Origin: Nemertoderma westbladi | Taxonomy: Eukaryota > Animalia > Xenacoelomorpha | Direction: 5' to 3' | Assembly (NCBI GenBank): GCA_032718475.1 | Contig: JAUCBJ010002693.1 | Span: forward strand, 26,453-90,452 | Length of the DNA: 64,000 bases | Part shown: one piece after another, positions 14,101-26,100 of the stretch | Numbering within the stretch: position 1 is the stretch's first letter | Layout of the letters: every line of letters begins with the position of its first letter | Notes under the pieces: model-generated | The model's database searches: none | Seen by the model: only the letters and a program-made list of their open reading frames with translations | Told to the model about the DNA's origin: nothing | Made by a program: the position numbers and the translations under genes

Positions 14101-17100
14101 CCACAGTGGAAAGAGTATTTTTATACAGGGGTTGAGACCTGGACACTGACTAAATCACTTGAACAACGAATTGATGGTTGCTACACAAGACTATTAAGGG
14201 CAGCCCTAAACATCAGCTGGAGACAACACATGACAAACGCCGAGCTTTATGGTTCAATACCACCTGTATCAACCACCCTCCGTGAACGCAGATTAAGATT
14301 CAGTGGGCACTGCTGGCGAAGTAAAGACGATGTCATACCAGATCTACTTCTCTGGCAACCAACTCATGGAAAGCGTAGTCGTGGACGACCGGCCATAACA
14401 TATATAGATCAACTTGAAAGGGATACTGAACTTGGGAGAAACGAAATTGCGACAACTATGGAGAATCGGGAAGCCTGGAAGGATCTCATTTCCACTGTCC
14501 GAGTTCGCTCGATCTAGTTAATACTTATTTCTATAAATAATTACATTTTGTTTTTTTAGACAGTGACGCCCATCTAGTTCCTAAATTCCCGGATGAGCCG
14601 CTAGTTGTCTCTCTGTTGGATTACGGCAGCGGTGCCCCCCCTAGCGGAACGATACCGTCTGGATATCCGGTTGTCTGCGTTTCGGTAAGTTAATCTTAAT
14701 GAATACTGGTTTTAAATTTAATATTCATGGCTCGTCCCACAATATATTTTGTGTCGCCACTATTTTTTATTGCATAAATATCACATTAATGATACTTAAA
14801 AATATATTTACATAACAGTGCCTGTTAGTTGCTAGGTTACCACACAAGTAGTTCCCCCATTTGGAAATATTCAAGAATTTGTAATTGTAATTATTTAATT
14901 TAAAATGACTTAACTATATCTAAATAAATGAGTGAGATATTTTATTGCAATATTAACAGCACATTTGACAAAACAACGAAACTGATGCATTTTTGAAACC
15001 TGATGTATTGTTTGAAATTGCGAAATCTTAAATATTGGGAGGCCATTTTGATAAAAAATCAGTATTTTCTTAAACCACATTTTGATATAAGGAAAATTAA
15101 TCGTGTAATTAATACATAATATATTCGAGTGGAAATAATATTGCGTAAATTTGAAACTGTATTCCTCCTTGCAGAGTGAGTCATAATCCACTCTCTGCTA
15201 TAATACTCATTGAGTTATGGCTAATTATTTTACACAACTATTTTGAATTTTGAAATTTGAAATTTGAGATTCTAATTTATTTTTAACTTAAAAAATAATT
15301 TTGTTTCATTGTGTGTTAATATTGTATTTAATTTAGTAGTAATATATTTAATTGCTCTTCCCATTGATAGGCTTGCGACCAGGGCCATCCAAGATATGGC
15401 GAGAATAAACGGAAATGTCGGACTCAATGGATAGACAACAGCAAAACTCGTTACAAGTGGGATGTTAAACCGAGTCACAGTCTGGAGTATCGGTAAGTCG
15501 TCTAATATGGTTGGTAAAGTAGTCTAATATGGTTGGTAAAGTCGTCTAATATGGTTGGGAAAGTAGTCTAATAGGGTTGGTAAGTCGTCTAATATGGTTG
15601 GTAAAGTAGTCTAATATGGTTGGTAAAGTCGTCTAATATGGTTGGGAAAGTAGTCTAATAGGGTTGGTAAGTCGTCTAATAGGGTTGGTAAGTCGTCCAA
15701 TATGGTTGGGAGAGTAGTCTAATAGGGTTGGTAAGTCGTCTAATATGGTTGGTAAAGTCGTCTAATAGGGTTGGTAAGTCGTCCAATATGGTTGGGAAAG
15801 TAGTCTAATAGGGTTGGTAAGTCGTCTAATATGGTTGGTAAAGTCGTCTAATAGGGTTGGTAAGTCGTCCAATATGGTTGGGAAAGTAGTCTAATAGGGT
15901 TGGTAAGTCGTCTAATATGGTTGGTAAAGTCGTCTAATAGGGTTGGTAAGTCGTCCAATATGGTTGGTAAAGTCGTCTAATAGGGTTGGTAAGTCGTCCA
16001 ATAGGGTTGGGAAAGTTGTCTAATAGGGTTGGTAAGTCGTCCAATATGGTTGGTAAAGTCGTCTAATAGGGTTGGTAAGTCGTCCAATATGGTTGGTAAA
16101 GTTGTCTAATAGGGTTGGTAAGTCGTCTAATATGGTTGGTAAAGTCGTCTAATAGGGTTGGTAAGTCGTCCAATATGGTTGGGAAAGTAGTCTAATAGGG
16201 TTGGTAAGTCGTCTAATATGGTTGGTAAAGTCGTCTAATAGGGTTGGTAAGTCGTCCAATATGGTTGGGAAAGTAGTCTAATAGGGTTGGTAAGTCGTCT
16301 AATATGGTTGGTAAAGTCGTCTAATAGGGTTGGTAAGTCGTCCAATATGGTTGGTAAAGTCGTCTAATAGGGTTGGTAAGTCGTCCAATATGGTTGGGAA
16401 AGTAGTCTAATGGGGTTGGTAAGTCGTCTAATATGGTTGGTAAAGTCGTCTAATAGGGTTGGTAAGTCGTCCAATATGGTTGGTAAAGTTGTCTAATAGG
16501 GTTGGTAAGTCGTCTAATATGGTTGGTAAAGTCGTCTAATAGGGTTGGTAAGTCGTCCAATATGGTTGGGAAAGTAGTCTAATAGGGTTGGTAAGTCGTC
16601 TAATATGGTTGGTAAAGTCGTCTAATAGGGTTGGTAAGTCGTCCAATATGGTTGGTAAAGTCGTCTAATAGGGTTGGTAAGTCGTCCAATAGGGTTGGGA
16701 AAGTTGTCTAATAGGGTTGGTAAGTCGTCCAATATGGTTGGTAAAGTTGTCTAATAGGGTTGGTAAGTCGTCTAATATGGTTGGTAAAGTCGTCTAATAG
16801 GGTTGGTAAGTCGTCCAATATGGTTGGGAAAGTAGTCTAATAGGGTTGGTAAGTCGTCTAATATGGTTGGTAAAGTCGTCTAATAGGGTTGGTAAGTCGT
16901 CCAATATGGTTGATAAAGTCGTCTAATAGGGTTGGTAAGTCGTCCAATATGGTTGGGAAAGTCGTCTAATAGGGTTGGTAAGTCGTCTAATAGGGTTGGT
17001 AAGTCGTCCAATATGGTTGGGAAAGTAGTCTAATAGGGTTGGTAAGTCGTCTAATATGGTTGGTAAGTCGTCCAATATGGTTGGGAAAGTAGTCTAATAG

Positions 17101-20100
17101 GGTTGGTAAGTCGTCTAATATGGTTGGTAAGTCGTCTAATATGGTTGGTAAGTCGTCCAATATGGTTGGGAAAGTCATCTAATAGGGTTGGTAAGTCGTC
17201 AAATATGGTTGGGAAAGTAGTCTAATAGGGTTGGTAAGTCGTCTAATATGGTTGGTAAGTCGTCTAATATGGTTGGTAAGTCGTCCAATATGGTTGGGAA
17301 AGTCATCTAATAGGGTTGGTAAGTCGTCAAATATGGTTGGGAAAGTCGTCTAATAGGGTTGGTAAGTCGTCCAATATGGTTGTGAAAGTAGTCTAATAGG
17401 GTTGGTAGGTCGTCTAATATGGTTGGTAAAGTCGTCTAATAGGGTTGGTAAGTCGTCCAATATGGTTGGTAAAGTCGTCTAATAGGGTTGTTAAGTCGTC
17501 CAATATGGTTGGGAAAGTCGTATAATAGGGTTGGCAAGTCGTCTAATATGGTTGGTAAAGTCGTCTAATAGGGTTGGTAAGTCGTCCAATATGGTTGGTA
17601 AGTCGTCTAATAGGGTTGGTAAGTCGTCCAATCTGTTTGGTAAGTCGTCTAATAGGGTTGGTAAGTCGTCCAATATGGTTGGTAAAGTCGTATAATAGGG
17701 TTGGTAAGTCGTCCAATATGGTTGGTAAGTCGTCTAATAGGGTTGGTAAGTCGTCCAATAGGGTTGGGAAAGTCGTCTGATAGGGTTGGTAAGTCGTCCA
17801 ATATGGTTTGTAAAGTCGTCTAATAGGGTTGGCAAGTCGTCTAATATGGTTCGTAAGTCGTCCAATATGGTTGGTAAGTCGTCCAATATGGTTGGTAAGT
17901 CGTCCAATATGGTTGGTAAGTCGTCCAATGGCGATGGTAAAATAGTCTAATATGGTTGAGAAAGTCGTCCAATAGAGTTGGTAAGTCGTCCAATATGGTT
18001 GGTAAGTCGTCTAATAGGGTTGGTAAGTCGTCCAATGTGTTTGGTAAGTCGTCTAATATGGTTGGTAAGTCGTCCAATATGGTTGGTAAGTCGTCCAATA
18101 TGGTTGGTAAGTCGTCCAATATGGTTGGTAAGTCGTCCAATGGCGATGGTAAAATAGTCTAATATGGTGGAGAAAGTCGTCCAATAGAGTTGGTAAGTCG
18201 TCCAATATGGTTGGTAAGTCGTCCAATGGCGATGGTAAAATAGTCTAATATGGTTGGGAAAATCGTCAAATAGAGTTGGTAAGTCGTCCAATATAGTTGG
18301 TTCTAAGTCTTACAATGGTATTGGTTAAATAGTCCAATATAGTTGGTAAAATCGTAATTATTTATTTCTAGGGAGGCGAAAGGTGTTTTTCTCTTTCTCA
18401 CCCCTACGACGATGGTTCTAGACAGCGCTTATTTCAGCCCCTCGAGTCGTCTTCGTTGCTTGGCAACAGCAGTCAGCAGGGATGATGAAGTCGGTATGTA
18501 AGCCCTCTCTCTCTGTCTCGTATAATATATAAAACAGTTTAGTTTGAGAGAAATTTAATTTTAATTAATTATGTGGACTTCATTTCCTCTATTTCTCTGC
18601 AAATAAATGGGCGGATTTTACAAACATGTCAAAATTTTAATTCAATTGTCAAAAATTAGAAAGTGCACCACATCGCTAAAAATTTCAAGCACTGACTATA
18701 CACATACCGGCAACTATAATGTTTTTCAAACAGATTATCCGCGGCTTTTTCTAAGTCTTTCCAGAAATTGTTATTGAGTAAAGCTTAGTATGCTTGCTTC
18801 GTCGGCTGTCTGTGTTCTTCTCAGCTCTGGGTTTTGATAGTCAGACTGACTGACGTTTGGACAGACCGAAAGTTACACGGTCATAGTAACAGTATAAAAA
18901 ATGAGAAACTGACATTGGTAATTAAATTCGTCGCCCAATAAATAATTAGTGGAACTGGAAAGGTAGCGAAAAATTTAGCTTTAGGTTTTATGTTGCCCTT
19001 ACTGATCTTTTAACTTAAAGGTAAACACAAGAGTCTCACACCCTTAAACTACAAAGAAATACAGAATCAGGGCATTAAGCCCAAATTAGTAACTCATAAC
19101 TCAGACGATAGGGCCATCAAAGGACACAAACAAAACAAACAAAAAACACAAAAACGTCAAACAAAAATAACTTAATAACACGCTCCACATACAGCTGTAT
19201 GTATATCGCAACCCTAACCCCTAACCTAACCGCCATACACTAAATGATACCGGTAATAAACTGCACGATAGCTAAGCCTATATTCTATAAGAAAATATAT
19301 GACAATTTTGTCGCCGTGAAAGGGGTAGGACTAGGGAAAAAATAATTAATTTGTGAAAAATATGGTTGCGTTTCGGCGTCTGAGACCCAGTACGCGCTAA
19401 TCCTCGACACCTCGTCAGCTGGACAGGGAATTAGCCAAGCCTATCTATATTGCAGGTCTCGGCCACAGAAAGTGAAAAAAAAAACGAAACGTAGCTGTCA
19501 AAATATATATTTTTTTTAAATTAGTAAAAGTATATATCATTCGATTGCATTTCTTCCACTGATTGCGAATCTGACAATAAAACAAAGATATTCAAAAGCT
19601 AAGAAAATATGGGCAAAAAACGTAAACTTGCAGTCGAACTCTACTTTTCCTGGTGTAGTGTTTGGATTCCTTTCCCAAACTCTACTTTTCCTGGTGTAGT
19701 GTTTGGATTCCTTTCCCAAACTCTACTTTTCCTGGTGTAGTGTTTGGATTCCTTTTCCAAACTCTACTTTTCCTGGTGTAGTGTTTGGATTCCTTTTCCA
19801 AACTCCACTTTTCCTGGTGTAGTATTTGGATTCCTTTTCCAAACTCCACTTTTCCTGGTGTAGTGTTTGGATTCCTTTTCCAAACTCTACTTTTCCTGGT
19901 GTAGTGTTTGGATTCCTTTTCCAAACTCCACTTTTCCTGGTGTAGTGTTTGGATTCGTTTTCCAAACTCTACTTTTCCTGGTGTAGTGTTTGGATTCCTT
20001 TTCCAAACTCTACTTTTCCTGGTGTAGTGTTTGGATTCCTTTTCCAAACTCCACTTTTCCTGGTGTAGTGTTTGGATTCCTTTTCCAAACTCTACTTTTC

Positions 20101-23100
20101 CTGGTGTAGTGTTTGGATTCCTTTTCCAAACTCTACTTTTCCTGGTGTAGTGTTTGGATTCCTTTTCCAAACTCTACTTTTCCTGGTGTAGTGTTTGGAT
20201 TCCTTTTCCAAACTCTACTTTTCCTGGTGTAGTGTTTGGATTCCTTTTCCAAACTCTACTTTTCCTGGTGTAGTGTTTGGATTCCTTTTCCAAACTCTAC
20301 TTTTCCTGGTGTAGTGTTTGGATTCCTTTTCCAAACTCTACTTATCCTGGTGTAGTGTTTGGATTCCTTTTCCAAACTCTACAATTTTGTGTCGAGTTTG
20401 GTCTTTGCTCCTATCGAGAAGCCAGAAAATAATTCCAATTTTTCCAATAATCCAATAATTCCAAAACAATTCCCTGTGATCTGATTGGATAATATCATCA
20501 TTTCTTGTTAAATAATCACATCAAATTTGATATATTCCGAGAATCCTCAAGACTCATTAAGCCGGGCAATGCCACCATGGATGGGCGATCTTCCTTTATA
20601 GTGTTTTCTACATGTTACCGCAAGTGAAAAAGGTGACCTCCAGTGCAAATTAACTGAAAGTGAAAATACGTTTTGGTTATTGTTTTGGTTAGAAAACACC
20701 GCCGCTATAACCTGCTCAGCTTATTTCCCCTAATGTTTTAAATTAAATTAAACTAATTATAAGTAATTAAACAGGACTAAGGATGATCCAACTCTATAGC
20801 AAATGGAGCGGAAAAAATGAATTCGCCACCAGCGGGGATCGAACCCGCGTCTCCCGATAAACGTTCAGGTATGCTAACCACTACACCACGGAGCATACCT
20901 GAAGCATACCTGAACGTTTATCGGGAGACGCGGGTTCGATCCCAGCTGGTGGCGAATTCATTTTTTCCGCTCCATTTGCTATAGAGTTGGATCATCCTTA
21001 GTCCTGTTTAATTACTTATAATTTATACAATCTATGGATGTCAAACACATATACAAATTAAACTAATTTTTATTTTTACGCCACCGTTTTTGTTCGCTAT
21101 TTCTTTTCTGTCTCTGTTGAAGGGCGATGTTAGGATCCGCGCAAACTTTAATCTTTTGTTTATCTCTTATTGCCTGCCGCCTTTTGCGTTGAGCCTACTT
21201 TTCACGATTGTAACACGAGGATTATCCCTTCTGTAAATTCTCTTCGCTGACAGGGTTCTAAGTAGTTTATCGCAGATTGTCGACTTAGTGGTTCTTTCGG
21301 TGTAGTAAGAGTTGCACGCAAAGCTTATGGCAAAACCTTTCCTTCTCATGATTCTCAACGGGTTGGCAGACGGGCGAATGTCGGCGAATTCGGCGGATGA
21401 GTAAAGTAAAGTTTTCTTTTCGTTTTCCTTCGTAGATACATTTCGTTTTGGTTTGGATTTCTTGATAATATTATTAAGAGCTTTATTGTGTTCTGTTAAT
21501 TTGTCTTTCTCTTTCCTCAATGTGCGCGCCATCCAACACTTAAATAAGTGTTGGATGGTTAGTTAGGATAGTTGGATAGTTGGATAGTTAGGTACCACAA
21601 CCAGCCTGTAAGTAATCTACCGGTATCTTAATATCTGGCAGTAAACCACGCTTCTTGAACTGGGTTCCAGCCGAAAACAATCTATTTCCAGAGATAAAAT
21701 CCTGAAGATGGACGGAATTTCGGTTAACACTATTGCTATAGACCCAGGGCGATGTAGGTGATTGATGCTGACTTGCATTAATGTCTCCCAGGAATGTTAA
21801 GAATGCATGCTGATCCACTCCATCAGTAGCTGCTTGTAGATTGTGGTAGAAATTTTCCACCTCCTCTACAGGGGCAACACTAGTTGGAGAGTAGCACACA
21901 GTGAGAACCACCTTAGGAAACTTCTTAGCCAGTCTTCCAGAACATGAGAAGTGGCAACGGATGATGCGGTTAGAGATTTTGTCTATTTTGTCCAATGCTG
22001 CATGTGCAGTTGGATTCTTCAATAGACCAATTCCACCATTGCCACTATCATCTGCTGACGCGAGGGCGAGTCGCCAACCGCCCACCATGTCCTTAATCAG
22101 AACCTCATCAGTCTTTCCAGTCTGCATTCGGTGCTCTTGAACACCCACTTCGCTAAGAGAAAGCTTATCTGCCAAGGCAGTCAGCTCACCTTGTCACATT
22201 GGGGACCCGAGTGTTAGGGTGTTTACTGAGGCTAGTCTAGTGATTTTGATTTGATTTGATTTAGTTTAATTCACATATAGTGACAATGACACATACACAT
22301 AAACACAATACACATAATGTTTAATATATATAGTAAAATGCTTAGTAAAAACTGTTAGTTCAGACTATTAAAAGCACGAAAATTAAAATTGCTAAATGTT
22401 GAAAAAGTCGGTAATATGTTTGTGCTTAGCACTGAAAGTGTTCCCTGATAATTTATAAATCTGTTGTATAAATCGCGCTTCTTCAGCGTGTTGTGGTGAT
22501 GCGGTTGGTGGGGATAAACGTTGGAATAAATTTTTAGTATGGTACTCGTAATTGCAGAGTGATGTAATGGAGGGTAGTCCGTAACTTACGACCGATTTTC
22601 TGTGCATGCTCCCCAGTCCTTGATACTCAGAACGATGGTTAGATTGCAATGTAATCCGGAGGGATTCTTGGACATTTGTGTTGGGGCATTTTAGCGCACG
22701 AAGCAACGTACCCAAACATGATTTGTAACCCTCTAGCGACAGTGTTCCAGTTCCAAACAGATGATAAAGGGTCTCATTGGATACGTAGCATCCTAAGTGC
22801 AGGATCCCCCGTAATTGTTTCCTGTAATACAATTCCACAGTTTCAGTGTCCTTTTTGGATAGCTCCCCAATGCGAAACTTGAGTCGGTATAACAAGGATG
22901 ATAGGGCAACAGTCCGCCATAACATTGCCACCGTCTGTACAGGATAGTGTTTCGTCGTCCACCCGTTTCTGTGGAACGAGTCTGTGAGAGCGGCGATCGA
23001 TTGTATGATGTCTGAGGCCCCTGTTTTGTTATGTCCCGGACTTCCATAGATTGTGACCCCAAGAAATGTTAGGAACGGTGATGCTGCATGAAGATGGTCA

Positions 23101-26100
23101 TTAATGGAAATCATGAGTGGTGGGCTCTGATTTTTTTTATTATGGTATGGTTCTTTGAATATCCAATTCACTTTGGTTGTTTCCAAGACAAGGTTTAGAT
23201 TAGTCAGTTTGGATTGTATGAGAGTGGTCATCTGTTTGATTTCGTTGTCGGAGGTTCCCAGCAGCAGTATGTCATCAGCATAAGATAGCGCGCTTATAAT
23301 CAAATGAAAAATTCGGCAACCTCTACTGTCTGGACCCCCATCGTGTAGTTGTGAGAGAACACCATTCGTGTAGAAGTTAAATAAAATTGGTGATATGATT
23401 GATCCTTGTTTCAAGCCATTGTGCATTGCGAATCCATTTACATCTACTGAGCCGTTGATGTTTATGAATACTGTGCTCAAATTATAGTATACAGCCAGAA
23501 GTCGACATATATGGGGATTCATATGACCTGATAGTTTCTTGAACAAGAGGTAATGGTTGACTGAGTCAAATGCTGATGCAATGTCCATTTGGCAGACATA
23601 GACCCTGGACCCCCTGCTGCGATAGAATTCAATATATTCCAGTATGGCACTGATTATGATATCAGACCCTATGAGCTTTTGGTAGGCAAATTGCTTTCCG
23701 TCAGGCTGTAAGTCAGCTAAGTAATCCTTCAGTATTACACCTTCAAGAATTTTTGCGAATAGACTGATAGATGCAATAGGGCGGTAGGATGAAGGATTTA
23801 GAGTGTCTTTGCCTTTACCTTTGTAGAGACACTTGATAACTGTACGCGCTTTTGAAGACCTTTAGCAGTTTAACCTGCCAAAATTTATATGTCTTTTGGT
23901 TTATAAATAGACTTTAGAAGTTGACAAATATTTAATACCAATAAACACAACATTAGCAGAAGCCAGCCTAGTGCGCGTCCATTCACCCGCTGGATATACC
24001 CGGGAGACTGGATTCTGAGGGCTTAGATTATTATTGCAGTGTAAGCTTACTGTATTATTCGATTGATCGTTAATAAATAATTTCTGACCAATATTATTCA
24101 CTTTCGGGAAATATTAACAGTTCCTTTAGGACGTGGCGCTCTATCTAGGTAAACAGAGATATGACTTATACTAATCACAACGGTAAGTCGGTAAGGCTTA
24201 TGATTCACGTATGAGGCGCATTCTTTAGGAAATGCTTAGTTATCAGCCACAATCATGCACACTACCGGTAACACACAATACTGCTCACTAATTTGCCGAC
24301 CGTCAATGTATTTTATCATATATAAAGAGAACAGCAACGGACTCATGTAGTGCTTATCAAATAGCATTAAATTCACTACAAACCACAATAATATAAGTCG
24401 CAATCGCTATATATAACCCGTCTCTCTAACCTGTAGTGTATCAAGAAAATTGGGAAATTTGGGTTCTTTATATATGTTCTCCAAATAATATTCAACCAAA
24501 ACACAACAGTAAACATTAAGACGGTATGTTAAGTTATGATATGAACTGATTTGGACCGATATGTGATATGAGTTGTTAAGATAACAGTTATACGCTCTAT
24601 AATTTAAGCCTACTAATATTTCTTCTAAAGTATGAAAACGAATTGACTCTAGAGCCGGTGTTCCTGGCCTAGATAGCAACAACACAACGGTATCACAAAA
24701 ACAGTAAGACTGAACACTCCTAGTATGATCGGCCGAATATCTACACGTCGACAGAAAAAATCGCTCTGATTGGCTCAAGCCAAACAAAGAACCATGCGTC
24801 CAATGGCTGTTTCCATGCCAGCAACCAGCTGCTAGATGTCGCAATCTGAATCATCAAGGCCAAGCCGTGTAAAGGTATTTGGTGCATTGCGGGTTTTTTG
24901 CCTTACCATGTCCGCCAAAGCACGTATATAGAAGAATGACTTTTATGTCCGTTAAAACACCTGTAACGGTACCTTGCGGGCGAGGGGAATATATATACAG
25001 TTAGAGAGCCTTTTAGAGTATTCCAGCGCCTGGGGGGAAACTGGATTGCAAAGCAAAGGGGCCAGTTATATCCCACAGAAGCTTTTACACCGCTCCCAGA
25101 AAATGGGATTTGAGTCTATAAAATATACAAAATCACAGTTTCTAATATACGTAAATACTCTAAACAGTTAGTCTTTCTTGCGCGGACGGCGTTTACGCAG
25201 TTTTTTAAAGCTAGCCAGAGTCCTTTTCTCTTTGGGGCGAGCCACTTTACAAGGAGGGCTATAACTCCTGGGTGAAGGGTGCAATATGATTGCATCAGAG
25301 GGTGTAGGATTATGGTCGGTGTATCCGCCAGTCGAAGTACCGGGTTGATTGACATCAATGTCAGGGGAGAGGAGCTCGTTTCAAGACAGCCGCTCTTACG
25401 GGTCCTTTACGAGTGGTCTGAATGAGGGCCGTGGGTGGACCATAGGCAGTTAGAAACCTCCGGGGTTTAATGGTTCTTTCCAACTCGCGTTCGCGGGCTC
25501 GGTATTCGTAAGGCCGTCGATATACTTCCTGTAACTCGGGGTGTGAGTTAACAAACAAGTCTCCATAGTCCGGATCCTGACGGATATAATTGATTAAGTT
25601 ATAGGAATGAAGGTCGCTAGGATTAACACTCCTGAGAAATTTGCGTACGAATTTGGTTGAAATACATTCTCCGACTCGCTTCAGTAGCTCGTAACTCGAT
25701 ATGCGTGATTTCTGTTCAACCGAAGCGAATAGATAAGGATGGAACGCATAAACTCCTTCGTAAGCGCGTCCGGGATAATAGCGATGGCGCGAATCACAAT
25801 GTAAATCAGCGTTCGCTTCCCAAGCTCTGATGTAACGTAGTGTGATCATTTCATCTACGCTTTCCAAATCGTGATTAAAAGGGCAATCGAAACTGGCGTG
25901 TCCCTTTAGTTGACAATGGTGACATTGAGTCATAAATTGAGGGCAAACCGCAAAAATGTGCAAGTTATTGAGTCCGCAATACGCACAATAAATTTCCATA
26001 GTCGGTTGTTCTTGGAAATAGGAACAGCGGACGTTTGTGTCCACTGCGTATCATGGTCTCTCGATGCGCATAACCGACAACGTTGTCTAGAAACATAGTT

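Noticed and set aside
16987-20170. ORFs such as LDDLPT repeats and KESKHYTRK repeats
   Set aside because: Translations of intronic minisatellites.
19638-20382. CRISPR-like array, or Pol III A/B-box repeat
   Set aside because: Units are contiguous with no spacers, there are no cas genes and the context is eukaryotic. The A/B-like motifs abut with impossible spacing.
20815-20895. Functional tRNA gene
   Set aside because: A/B boxes are present, but there is no proper acceptor or anticodon stem and it has a non-tRNA tail; treated as a SINE (same for 4605, 12740, 58901).
23901-25358. Small ORFs in the LTRs (also 34709, 40638)
   Set aside because: Duplicated only because they lie in LTRs; non-ATG starts and no motifs.
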